Source: a candidate division WOR-3 bacterium
Lineage (GTDB): Bacteria > Hydrothermota > Tepidihabitantia > B3-TA06
Reading direction: 5' to 3'
Length of the DNA stretch: 63,122 nt
NCBI GenBank assembly: GCA_023128825.1
Contig: JAGMDF010000109.1
Coordinates: 1 to 63,122 of the forward strand
Shown: one piece after another, positions 33,340-41,434 of the stretch
How the letters are laid out: the number at the start of each line of letters is the position of its first letter
Numbering within the stretch: position 1 is the stretch's first letter
Made by a program: the position numbers and the translations under genes
The notes under the pieces: generated by a model
What the model was told of the DNA's origin: nothing
Database searches by the model: none
Seen by the model: the letters and a program-made list of their open reading frames with translations, nothing else

Positions 33340-35476
33340 ACCTCTGTGGATTTTCCTTATACTGATAGTTCTTGCGGGATGCATGCCCAGGGGGATGAAA
33401 GAAACCATGACCGTCCGGCAGCTTCAGGAATTGAAGGGCGACTCTACCCTTGCCATTGGTCATTACTGGGATGCTTGCGTGTTCTACAGACACTCGTGGA
33501 TGCTTTCGGAGACCGACGAGGAACGCGCAGAGATCGCGGCAAAGCTTTACCGTGTCTTCTACGAAGGTAGAGAGTGGGACAGCTGCGTTACCCAGGCCGA
33601 GTCGCTAAGCAGGACACCCTGGTTCGACTCGCTTCCGCACAAAGGCCTTGTCTACTGGCGGGCAGGTTACTTTACCGAGATACTTGGAATCACAGACGCC
33701 TCCCCCCTGCTTCGTGCCGAGGCCGCCTCGAGATTGGGGCTTGAAGACTCGGCCCAGATACTTTACGCGGAGGCGGAAAGGCTCCTGGGCGAAGTTGCCC
33801 GGGGCCGACGCGCAGAGATTTACGCGGAGGTAGGAAAGAAGGATACCGCTGTCGTTCTCTTTCAGAATTTGAAGTATCCGTCCGATTCACAGAAGCGACT
33901 GCTTGTCGATTTGCTCTTTGAGCAAAAGGCCTGGCGCGACCTTCCCGCAGCGATAGCGCGGCTTCCAAAGGAATCGGAAAGATTGGCCGCATTGGTTCGA
34001 CTGTATGATGAGGTGGGTGACGCTAAGAAGAAGCGCAGGACACAGATGAAGCTTATCCGCACCTCGCCCTGGTCTTACGCGGCAAGGGATGCAGCCAAGG
34101 AGATCACACCCGCAGATGCCGATGAGACCTTCGCAGTGGCCGGAGCCTATGTGGGTATTGACCGGGAAAGATCACTTGCCCTCTTCGAGGAGGCCGAGGC
34201 GCAGGGTTATTCCCGATCCTCCTGCCGGTGGGAGCGGGCACAACTTCTCTACCGTCTCACGAGATACGACGAGGCGTATAAGCTTCTCGAAGATATGAGG
34301 TCGGACGAGGCAAGGTTCCTTCTTGCAAAGGTAGAGATAGAACGCGGCAAAACCGAAGATGCCATGAGGATACTGGCAAGCATCGCCGAGGAATCCCGGA
34401 GTAAAACGAATCGCCAGGAGGCATGGGAGCGAATGGCCACCATACTGCAGCGGCAGGGCAAGAATCTTGAGGCGGCTGAACTGGCAGCAGAGGGGGCACG
34501 GGCGCTTGATGACGAGGAGCTGGGTCACCGCGCGCTTGTCCTGTGGCTGGTGGAAGGTGATACGCTAAAAGCGCGCTCAGCCCTGAAAGGAGCTGTTCCG
34601 CTTGATTCCGACGTCTCGCTCTTCTTCCGCACCTGGCTTTCGCCTGATTCGGCACAGATGCTTTTCTCGCAACTTGATGCGCATGACCCCTTCTCCTACT
34701 ACTCTTTGACCGCGCGCGGCAAACTGGATCACACCCCGCCTCTTGTGGACTGGTTCATCCAGCTTGGTGACACAAGCTACGCGATCTCGTCAAAGGACTC
34801 GGTTATCACCGAACAGGCATGGGCTTTGGCGGATGCCGGGTTCATGAACGAGGCCTCAAGTAAGTTGAAGATAATCAAGGAGCCTCCCTTGCCCCTGCGA
34901 TTCGAATGGGCACGGCGGTTCTCGGAACTGGGAGCAGACAACATCGCAATAGACTGGATCGAAAGGCTGCTGATCGAGGCACGCAAGAGGGATGTAAGGA
35001 CAAGACCGATTGAGGTGCTGCGCTTACAGTACCCCACGGTCTACCTGTTTCAGATATATGAGCACTCCGAAACCCCGGTTACCTTCCTCGCACTGACCAG
35101 GCAGGAGAGCTGGTTCAACCCTCGTGCCCGCTCGCCTGCGAACGCATACGGATTATGTCAACTGCTCTACTCGACAGCGAAAGGAATGGACACCACGGCG
35201 ACGATTGATTCCTTGTATCTTTCCCACGTGAGCATCAGGCTGGGTGCCGAGTTCCTAACGAGGATGCGTGCCAGGTTCAATGGCCGCGAGGTGGCCTACA
35301 TTGCGGCCTACAACGCCGGGCCGGGCGCTGCCAACCGCTGGCTGGAGTACCTGCCACAAGATGATGCCCTGTTCGCCGAGCTTATCCCCTATGACGAGAC
35401 CCGGCGCTACGTAAAGCAGGTGCTTCGCGGTGAGATTATCTACCGTTCGCTGCTATCAGCTGAGAGTCACCGATAA
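33329..35476 (+). CDS. lipoprotein with helical/TPR-like N-region and C-terminal SLT lytic transglycosylase domain
   Basis: TTG start overlapping the upstream stop. Lipobox VLAGC. SLT motifs LTRQESWFNP, YGLCQL and AAYNAGPGAANRW. Confidence 0.9.
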   Translation: MTVKPLWIFLILIVLAGCMPRGMKETMTVRQLQELKGDSTLAIGHYWDACVFYRHSWMLSETDEERAEIAAKLYRVFYEGREWDSCVTQAESLSRTPWFDSLPHKGLVYWRAGYFTEILGITDASPLLRAEAASRLGLEDSAQILYAEAERLLGEVARGRRAEIYAEVGKKDTAVVLFQNLKYPSDSQKRLLVDLLFEQKAWRDLPAAIARLPKESERLAALVRLYDEVGDAKKKRRTQMKLIRTSPWSYAARDAAKEITPADADETFAVAGAYVGIDRERSLALFEEAEAQGYSRSSCRWERAQLLYRLTRYDEAYKLLEDMRSDEARFLLAKVEIERGKTEDAMRILASIAEESRSKTNRQEAWERMATILQRQGKNLEAAELAAEGARALDDEELGHRALVLWLVEGDTLKARSALKGAVPLDSDVSLFFRTWLSPDSAQMLFSQLDAHDPFSYYSLTARGKLDHTPPLVDWFIQLGDTSYAISSKDSVITEQAWALADAGFMNEASSKLKIIKEPPLPLRFEWARRFSELGADNIAIDWIERLLIEARKRDVRTRPIEVLRLQYPTVYLFQIYEHSETPVTFLALTRQESWFNPRARSPANAYGLCQLLYSTAKGMDTTATIDSLYLSHVSIRLGAEFLTRMRARFNGREVAYIAAYNAGPGAANRWLEYLPQDDALFAELIPYDETRRYVKQVLRGEIIYRSLLSAESHR

Positions 35477-35530
35477 GATTACGGCGGCCTAAACGCAGCC
35501 TCAAATCCTGGGCCATCTATATTAGGGTTC

Positions 35531-35557
35531 CCAAAGGGTTACCTAGTAACCATTTGG
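35531..35557. terminator. palindromic hairpin between convergent genes
   Basis: ccaaagggttac ctag taaccatttgg forms a 12-bp arm with one mismatch. There is no clear U-tract. Confidence 0.35.
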
Positions 35558-35565
35558 GGTGATCT

Positions 35566-36510
35566 TTATTCGTTGCTTTCCTGACCGTCCTCTGGCAGCT
35601 CCGCGCTCTCTTCGGCTATCACGTATGGGAATCCGATGGCGCATGCAGAGTATTCGGCAGAATCATCTCCTTCAAGGGTTTCGGCGAGAATAACATCAAC
35701 TGCGGCGTGACGCACCGTTGGGGTGCGGTAGAGGCTGTCCTCGGCGGTAACCCAGGTTCCGGTGAAGTGCAAGTGATCCGTATCGTCCCTTTCAAACACC
35801 TTGCGGCGAGGACGCCATACCCTGCGGAAGTGGCGTCCGTGATGCAGGTAAGCCCAGGCATCCACACCCGTATCCTTAATCCATACCTCAACCGTAACCG
35901 TGTCCTGGGGAGTAAAACGCGCTACATCATCACGACCGTAAAAGTCCAGAGGATTGGTGATCTCGAAGTTCTCGCCGGAGGTGGAGGTAACCGCTATCCT
36001 ATCGATCTCAACAGGATGCTCGGCTCCATTCGTCCATACCTTGACCGGGGTTATCTCCTCTATGCGCCAGTGTCCGCGTCTGATTCCGCCCTGCCAGCTG
36101 AGCGTAACTTCGCGGCAGGTACTGTCGTCAATAGGACGCTCGTAGATGGCTACATCTTCGGGATTGTAGACGTAGATGGTTCCTACAAGGTGATTGGTGA
36201 TAACTGCAAATGCGGAATCGCCGTCCACATCCACCTGCACGTTGCGGTTGAAGCTTTCTATCTTACGCACCCAGGTTTGGGAACCCGTGTCGCCAGGCAC
36301 AGGGGCAAGCAGGCCCATGCTCAAAGCGGCCTCTCCTTGAGGATTATTTGTTCCGTCGTCTGTGACACCGTCTGAGCCTGCACCTGTGAAGTAGGAGTTC
36401 AGAAGAAGCTCTTCGATGAGTTCGATGTCCTCGTCGACATCTCTACTGCATCCTGCAAACGCCGCGAAGATCAATGCGGTTAAAGGAAGAAGCACCAGTA
36501 GCTTTTTCAT
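35566..36510 (-). CDS. hypothetical lipoprotein
   Basis: MKKLLVLLPLTALIFAAFAGC lipobox, with a GGAGGAG SD. It is the last gene of the ECF operon. Confidence 0.8.
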   Translation of the reverse strand: MKKLLVLLPLTALIFAAFAGCSRDVDEDIELIEELLLNSYFTGAGSDGVTDDGTNNPQGEAALSMGLLAPVPGDTGSQTWVRKIESFNRNVQVDVDGDSAFAVITNHLVGTIYVYNPEDVAIYERPIDDSTCREVTLSWQGGIRRGHWRIEEITPVKVWTNGAEHPVEIDRIAVTSTSGENFEITNPLDFYGRDDVARFTPQDTVTVEVWIKDTGVDAWAYLHHGRHFRRVWRPRRKVFERDDTDHLHFTGTWVTAEDSLYRTPTVRHAAVDVILAETLEGDDSAEYSACAIGFPYVIAEESAELPEDGQESNE

Positions 36511-36532
36511 CGTCTCCTCCATGGTTAGTTGT

Positions 36533-37021
36533 TTACCGTTCTCCCATCCCATGTCCTTCTCTTATCCTTTTTATAAACCCCCGGATTTCGCGCTCAAACT
36601 CAACCTCAAAGATAACAAACTTCGCCTGCTGTTCTACGGAAAGCACTGAGAGCATCTCGTCCCTCAATCTCCTCATCTGCTGATGGTGTTCTGCTTCTTC
36701 TTTCTTAAGACGATCCATTATTTCCTTGAGTTTGGCCTCGCTGGGACTGCGCTTTGCAAGCTCTTCTTTGAGCAGTCTGAAGTCCTCGGCCTGTGCCTTG
36801 CGGTGGCTTATCATGAGTGAATCGCGCCGGCTCAACCTGGGCAGCAACGCGGCCACCTGCTCATCACTGAGATTCAACCGCTCCCTCATACGCATTATGC
36901 GCATGGCCCGAATCATCTCCATTGCCCTTTCAGAGCCGGGCATCTCACCCACGCCATGCCTCGGCTGAGCTGAAGCTACAGCAACCGCCAGGGCCGCAAA
37001 TACCAATATACGTCTCACCAT
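36533..37021 (-). CDS. periplasmic Spy/CpxP-like (LTxxQ-type motif) protein
   Basis: Signal peptide, helical, with LSDEQVAAL and LSVEQQAKF motifs. Confidence 0.6.
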   Translation of the reverse strand: MVRRILVFAALAVAVASAQPRHGVGEMPGSERAMEMIRAMRIMRMRERLNLSDEQVAALLPRLSRRDSLMISHRKAQAEDFRLLKEELAKRSPSEAKLKEIMDRLKKEEAEHHQQMRRLRDEMLSVLSVEQQAKFVIFEVEFEREIRGFIKRIREGHGMGER

Positions 37022-37560
37022 TAGCTCCTTTCCATCTCCTGTAACTTCTCCTCAAGAAGCCCCATGAAGGCGGCTTCCTCCTCCTCGGTTAATTCGTCAA
37101 TCTCGCTGTAGATGTCGGCAGAAACCGTCTCCTCATAACTCTCAATGCCCTGCACCAACTCATCATCCTCAGAGATAAGCATCACTGCCAACTCCATGCC
37201 TTCATCGGCAGAAAGGCTGTCTCCTTCGACCACCACCCATCCCTCCTGCGGAGCAACCGGACGTTTCAGGACGGCGTCCCCTCCAAAGATAGCCAAGAGG
37301 ATCAGCGCTGCGGCTGCCGCCGGCACCCAGACCCAGCGCCACCATCTAACGCGGCGAGGGACAGAGGCCTGCCATTCGATGCCGGTAAATCGAGGGGGCG
37401 CATCTGCGGAGGTAAGGACAAGGGTAGCCTTAAGTGCCTCAAGCTCCTTGCGGCACCCGTAACACTTTTTAAGATGCCGTTCCAACCCCGAGCGTTCTGC
37501 ATCGTCAAGATCGCCGTCAAGATAACGAACAAGCTTTTCGCGGAACGAATCTTCACTCAT
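37021..37560 (-). CDS. anti-sigma factor (zf-HC2 type) with one TM segment
   Basis: HLKKCYGCRKELEAL motif and the TM segment WVWVPAAAAALILLAIF. Confidence 0.85.
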   Translation of the reverse strand: MSEDSFREKLVRYLDGDLDDAERSGLERHLKKCYGCRKELEALKATLVLTSADAPPRFTGIEWQASVPRRVRWWRWVWVPAAAAALILLAIFGGDAVLKRPVAPQEGWVVVEGDSLSADEGMELAVMLISEDDELVQGIESYEETVSADIYSEIDELTEEEEAAFMGLLEEKLQEMERS

Positions 37561-38102
37561 GAGCCGCTCCCGGTGACGAATCCTTCAAGGCTTTCGCGGA
37601 GTTTGATGACCGCGTGATGATAACTCGCCTTGGAAGCCCCTTCGGAGATACCGAGGATTTCAGCGATCTCCGCGTGTGAACGCTCCTCTTCGTATCGCAT
37701 GTGGAAAATCGCGCGCTGACGCGGCGGAAGTTCGTCTATGGCACTAGCGACCGCAACCTGCAGCTTCCTTTGACGCAAAGCTTGCGTAGGACTCAAGTGA
37801 CTTTCCATCCTGTCAGGATCAAGATCGGCCCTGCGCAATCGGGAGCCTTTGCGTAACTTGTTGAGGATATGGTTGAGGGCGATGCGGTAGAGCCAGGTGG
37901 AGAATTTCGCATCACCACGAAAACGCCGGATGGAGCGGTAGGCCTTCACGAAAGCTTCCTGGACCGCGTCCTCGGCGTCGGCACGGTTGTGAAGCATCCT
38001 CCAGGCAAGGGCATAAAGTCTTGCCTCATAACGACGCACCAGTATCTCAAAAAGGTCCGCATCCCCATTCTTAACGCGCTCGATAACCTCATGATCTTGC
38101 AT
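37557..38102 (-). CDS. ECF-type RNA polymerase sigma factor
   Basis: Region 2 (DAEDAVQEAFVKAYR, FSTWLYRIALN) and region 4 (PPRQRAIFHMRYEEERSHAEIAEILGISEG). Confidence 0.93.
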   Translation of the reverse strand: MQDHEVIERVKNGDADLFEILVRRYEARLYALAWRMLHNRADAEDAVQEAFVKAYRSIRRFRGDAKFSTWLYRIALNHILNKLRKGSRLRRADLDPDRMESHLSPTQALRQRKLQVAVASAIDELPPRQRAIFHMRYEEERSHAEIAEILGISEGASKASYHHAVIKLRESLEGFVTGSGS

Positions 38103-38163
38103 CTCCTCATCACCTGTTAGACACGTAAGAGGCGAAAAGGTTTAACGGTTATCGGCACGCCCC

Positions 38164-38191
38164 ATAATAAGAACTAACCCACCCCTGTCAA
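38164..38191 (-). promoter_or_regulatory. sigma70-like promoter (TTGACA-N16-TATTAT) for the ECF operon
   Basis: Reverse complement of tgtcaa (38186-91) and ataata (38164-69). It is back-to-back with the promoter at 38203. Confidence 0.45.
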
Positions 38192-38202
38192 GTCTCAAGG
38201 TG

Positions 38203-38231
38203 TTGACAATTTGCCTCCCCTCTGCTATCCT
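38203..38231 (+). promoter_or_regulatory. sigma70-like promoter (TTGACA-N17-TATCCT), leaderless configuration
   Basis: The ATG at 38237 is 5 nt after the -10, and there is no SD. Confidence 0.45.
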
Positions 38232-38236
38232 TCGCC

Positions 38237-41200
38237 ATGTGGGCGTATCTGGTTTTAGTTTGTCTCCTGGAGGTATTTAATCCGATTTCAGGCGTAGGTC
38301 TTGGCCAGTGCCACGGCGTGGCCTGCGTTGATCTTGATCGCGACGGGCTGTACGACGTCGTCGTAGCCTCCGATATAGGCGTAGACTACTATCGTAACCT
38401 GGGGACCACGTTTTCCTTAAGAAGGCTTGCTTCAATCGCGGCCAATGCGGTCGTGGCAGGCGATTTAGCCAACGATGACGGATACGTAGACCTTTTTGTC
38501 GCCGCACCGGGACGGGATTTTCTCCTGGTGAACACGGGCGACGATATGAACTTTGACCACAACGACTCCTTCTTTGCCTCCGACACGAGCCATGCCGCGG
38601 CACTTGTTGACTACGATGCGGACGGTGACCTTGACATCTTCGTAGCAGGCGATACCTCAAGGCTTTACAGAAATGAGCAGGGGTCCTTTTCGATGATCCG
38701 GACGTTCCCCAGTGGCTTCGCCGTCTCGTGGGCCGACTACAACTCTGACGGATGGCCTGATTTCGCTTTGGCTGCCGAGGACAGCATTCTGTTTTACGCA
38801 AGCCCCGACCTCACCCTGGACACGGCGATAGGGGCTTTGGCACCTCGCGGGCTTTGCTGGCTCGACTGCAACGCAGACGGCATGCTTGATCTTGCCGTTG
38901 CGGACTCGGCAGGGCCGAACCTTTTGATTAAACGAACCTCTTCTGGATTCGTATCACAAGAGATAGATACGGTGAACGCCCCCAGCGTTGCCGTTGCCGC
39001 CGGAAACCTCTGGGGGGAACCAGGGGTTGATCTTTTGTTTATAAATCACGGAACCGCGGATCACCTGTTCCGGGGTTCACTGAACGGCGAGTTTTCCACT
39101 TCGCCTGACGACACCGTATCCTTTGAGAACAACAACCAGGGCAGGGCGGTGGCGCTGGCCGATCTGGACCGGAAGAACGGGATCGACGCCGTGGTTGTGG
39201 GTTCACCGGTCAACGCCATCTACCTGAGCGACGTAGCCAGCATAAACAAGGCAACCGTAAACCTCAAGGGACGCCGTGATCTTGCGGCGAGCCTTTCGAA
39301 CACCATGGCCGCTGGGGCGCTGCTGAGGCTTTATGAGAACGGCACCCTTCGGGGATTTTGGGAGATTCAAGCAGGCTCAGGCCACGCAGGCCAGGACGCC
39401 CCGCAAAAGATCCTTCCGCTCCCCACGACGACTGGATATCTGCTTACGATCGAGTGGCCGCGTTCAGAGGTGATTGATTCAATCCATCTTGACACCTTCA
39501 GTTCCCCGCTTCCTTTCAAGATAGATGCCTGCGAGGACATAACCCCACCGTTGCCTCCGTCCAACATTAGATGTACGTCACATGATTCGCTTTCTTGGTC
39601 AAACGACAGCAATGTGAGATTTGAATGGGATGCAGCCCAAGACCCGCATGGAAGCGGTATTGCAGGTTACAGTGTCCTATGGAGCAAGGACACCCTCGCA
39701 TACCCTGACGATGAAGTGGAAACCTCTGATACCTTCATGACCGATAGTACGGATCTCGAAGGCGACTCGTGCTTCTTCTTTATCTCGTCGGTGGACTCCG
39801 TAGGCAACGTCTCTGCACCGCTACGTTACGCGCCTTTGAAGCTGGATTTTCATCCGCCGGACAGTATCGAGCTGATACATCCTTCCCCATACTCGTATCT
39901 GAACGACACCTTTGTAAGGTACGAGTGGAGTGCCGGAGTTGATACGCTTTCAGGGATAGGCTCCTACAGCGTAGAGGTTTCGAATCGCCCCGACTTCCTG
40001 GGCCAAAAAGCGGACAGCCTGCTTGATACCCAGGATACCTCCTACCAATCCGCCGCCAACCTTGGGGAGATGTGGCATTACTGGCGGCTAACAGTGAAAG
40101 ATGCAGCAGGGAACACCGATACCATACCCGACACGTTGGGAATACCGTTTAACGTTGACGTTACCGCGCCGGTGGTGGTTATGAGGGGGGTAATTCCACA
40201 GCCGGGAGCCACCGCTGCCACCAATACCAACATAATCGTCCAGTTCAGTGAACCAATGTTACCCGGTTTGGCTCGCGCGGATACCAATTATATCCTGCAG
40301 CAGAACTATATGGATGTTCCGTTCACGGTGGATTCGCTTGATCTCTATCGTTTTATGCTCGATCCCACAACCCTTCTTGAACCTGACAACGACTATACCT
40401 ACGTAAAGGTACGTCGGCGGATAACTGATCTTGCAGGAAACAGGTTGGCTGCAGATACCTTCTTTTGGAGTTTCAGAACGGGTAAAGCACCCGATCTTAA
40501 AGGACCGGTGATTGACCTTGTAGTTATCGCCCCCAACCCGACCGGCGGACAAAAAAAGGTAAATATTCAAGCTCGAGCCACGGATGAGCACGACGGTGGA
40601 GGCGTGCCGATAAGGTGCGTTTTCTTCATCGATGATTCCCCTGATACGAATGAAATGGAACTCGCTGACGGAACCTATAACTCCCCGGTAGAACTCTATA
40701 CCTCCGATCTTGACGTTGATACCTTTGAAAAAGATAGTTCCTACCTTTTGTTGTCCTTGTCCTTTAGGGCCATGGACGGTTCCGACAACTGGGGACCTAT
40801 AAAAAATGATGATACATTGTATGTAACCAAGGATGTTGCCCCACCTGAATTGGATCTTGCTGTCCTAAGCGATACAACCGACCTTCACACCGGGGACACC
40901 CTTTCCCTTGAGGTTACCTCCGACGAACCGCTTCGCAGTCTTGCGGTGGCCTTCTCACAGATTACAGAACAGGACTCTTTCTATAGTCAACTATCCGTTC
41001 CCATTCCGGGTGACTCTATGTTCTTCAGGGTAGACGTTCATCTTTCCGGTTTCCCAGCAGGACGTATCGACGGCGAGACACGCGGCAGTGACAAGGGCGG
41101 AAACCTGGGAACCACCACCTTTGGTTTTCCTCTTCTCTCAGGTGATCTTTTACCCCCGGAGAAGGCCTTCGCCGCCCCCAATCCGGCCTCGGATGATGTC

Positions 41201-41434
41201 GGTATCTACTTTACCCCGGGAGAAGGGGTGCAGGCAAGCCTGCGGGTATTTACCATAGACGGTCACGAGGTCTGGAATCCCGATCCTATTGAAGAAGCCC
41301 CGGGCGGAGAACGTTCCGTATTCACCACCGACGTTTCCCAGTGGCCTGTGGGACTTTACGTCTTCGTACTTCAGGCAACTAATGGGGAAGGCCGAAAGGC
41401 TGTGGTTAAGAAGGTGTTCGCGGTGGTAAGATGA
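38237..41434 (+). CDS. large surface protein: FG-GAP/VCBS repeats, Ig/Fn3-like modules, T9SS/FlgD-type CTD
   Basis: DLDRDGLYDVVVAS, DYDADGDLDIFVAG, DYNSDGWPDFALAA and DCNADGMLDLAVAD repeats. The C-terminal ...LRVFTIDGHEVW...WPVGLYVFVLQATNGEGRKAVVKKVFAVVR is the CTD. Confidence 0.9.
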   Translation: MWAYLVLVCLLEVFNPISGVGLGQCHGVACVDLDRDGLYDVVVASDIGVDYYRNLGTTFSLRRLASIAANAVVAGDLANDDGYVDLFVAAPGRDFLLVNTGDDMNFDHNDSFFASDTSHAAALVDYDADGDLDIFVAGDTSRLYRNEQGSFSMIRTFPSGFAVSWADYNSDGWPDFALAAEDSILFYASPDLTLDTAIGALAPRGLCWLDCNADGMLDLAVADSAGPNLLIKRTSSGFVSQEIDTVNAPSVAVAAGNLWGEPGVDLLFINHGTADHLFRGSLNGEFSTSPDDTVSFENNNQGRAVALADLDRKNGIDAVVVGSPVNAIYLSDVASINKATVNLKGRRDLAASLSNTMAAGALLRLYENGTLRGFWEIQAGSGHAGQDAPQKILPLPTTTGYLLTIEWPRSEVIDSIHLDTFSSPLPFKIDACEDITPPLPPSNIRCTSHDSLSWSNDSNVRFEWDAAQDPHGSGIAGYSVLWSKDTLAYPDDEVETSDTFMTDSTDLEGDSCFFFISSVDSVGNVSAPLRYAPLKLDFHPPDSIELIHPSPYSYLNDTFVRYEWSAGVDTLSGIGSYSVEVSNRPDFLGQKADSLLDTQDTSYQSAANLGEMWHYWRLTVKDAAGNTDTIPDTLGIPFNVDVTAPVVVMRGVIPQPGATAATNTNIIVQFSEPMLPGLARADTNYILQQNYMDVPFTVDSLDLYRFMLDPTTLLEPDNDYTYVKVRRRITDLAGNRLAADTFFWSFRTGKAPDLKGPVIDLVVIAPNPTGGQKKVNIQARATDEHDGGGVPIRCVFFIDDSPDTNEMELADGTYNSPVELYTSDLDVDTFEKDSSYLLLSLSFRAMDGSDNWGPIKNDDTLYVTKDVAPPELDLAVLSDTTDLHTGDTLSLEVTSDEPLRSLAVAFSQITEQDSFYSQLSVPIPGDSMFFRVDVHLSGFPAGRIDGETRGSDKGGNLGTTTFGFPLLSGDLLPPEKAFAAPNPASDDVGIYFTPGEGVQASLRVFTIDGHEVWNPDPIEEAPGGERSVFTTDVSQWPVGLYVFVLQATNGEGRKAVVKKVFAVVR

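Noticed and set aside
35707-36375. 222-aa plus-strand ORF.
   Set aside because: It is antisense to the lipoprotein gene, which has an SD, a lipobox and an operon context.
38277-38801. 174-aa minus-strand ORF.
   Set aside because: It is antisense to the FG-GAP repeat region, and its Arg-rich composition is an artefact.
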